Assembly (NCBI GenBank): GCA_951406725.2
Contig: OX597822.1
Span: 33,604,001-33,668,000, forward strand
Length of the DNA: 64,000 nt
Source of the DNA: Octopus vulgaris
Taxonomy: Eukaryota
Reading direction: 5' to 3'
In this document: piece after piece, positions 63,888-64,000 of the stretch
Numbering within the stretch: position 1 is the stretch's first letter
Layout of the letters: each line of letters starts with the position of its first letter
The notes under the pieces: generated by a model
What the model saw: only the letters and a program-made list of their open reading frames with translations
What the model was told of the DNA's origin: nothing
Database searches by the model: none
Position numbers and translations under genes: made by a program

Positions 63888-63919
63888 AATATATATACAT
63901 ACACACACATTGTGACAGC

Positions 63920-64000
63920 CTATAGCTTAGTGGTTAGGGTGTTGCACACACAACTGAAACATCGTGGGTTCGATCCCCAGACCAGATGTTGTGTTGTGTT
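63920..64000 (+). mobile_element. tRNA-derived SINE head (family C-related), cut by the window end
   Basis: TAGCTTAGTGGTTAGGGTGTTGCAC..ATCGTGGGTTCGATCCC. Confidence 0.75.

Overview
AT-rich, microsatellite-laden eukaryotic non-coding DNA. The repeat content suggests a cephalopod, probably Octopus (inference only). I found no convincing host protein-coding gene; nearly all listed ORFs are translations of simple repeats or SINEs. Much of the window is transposon-derived: four abundant SINE-like families (my labels A-D), fragments of RTE, RTE-X and CR1-type LINEs, a decayed mariner, Tc1/mariner, pogo, hAT and piggyBac-like MITEs, and non-autonomous Helitrons. The most notable signal is a set of hammerhead ribozyme motifs in several unrelated small repeats. 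One is an apparently intact, extended type I hammerhead (34573-34652) inside a ~340-nt hairpin-packed element flanked by (TA)n. Others are a minimal type I hammerhead (42237-42280), a tRNA-headed SINE-like element ending in a hammerhead (47369-47611), a core-variant hammerhead (54784-54825) and several decayed or atypical copies. Together they suggest a diverse retrozyme or Penelope-dependent population of self-cleaving RNA elements. All pairings were found by eye, and repeat boundaries are approximate.
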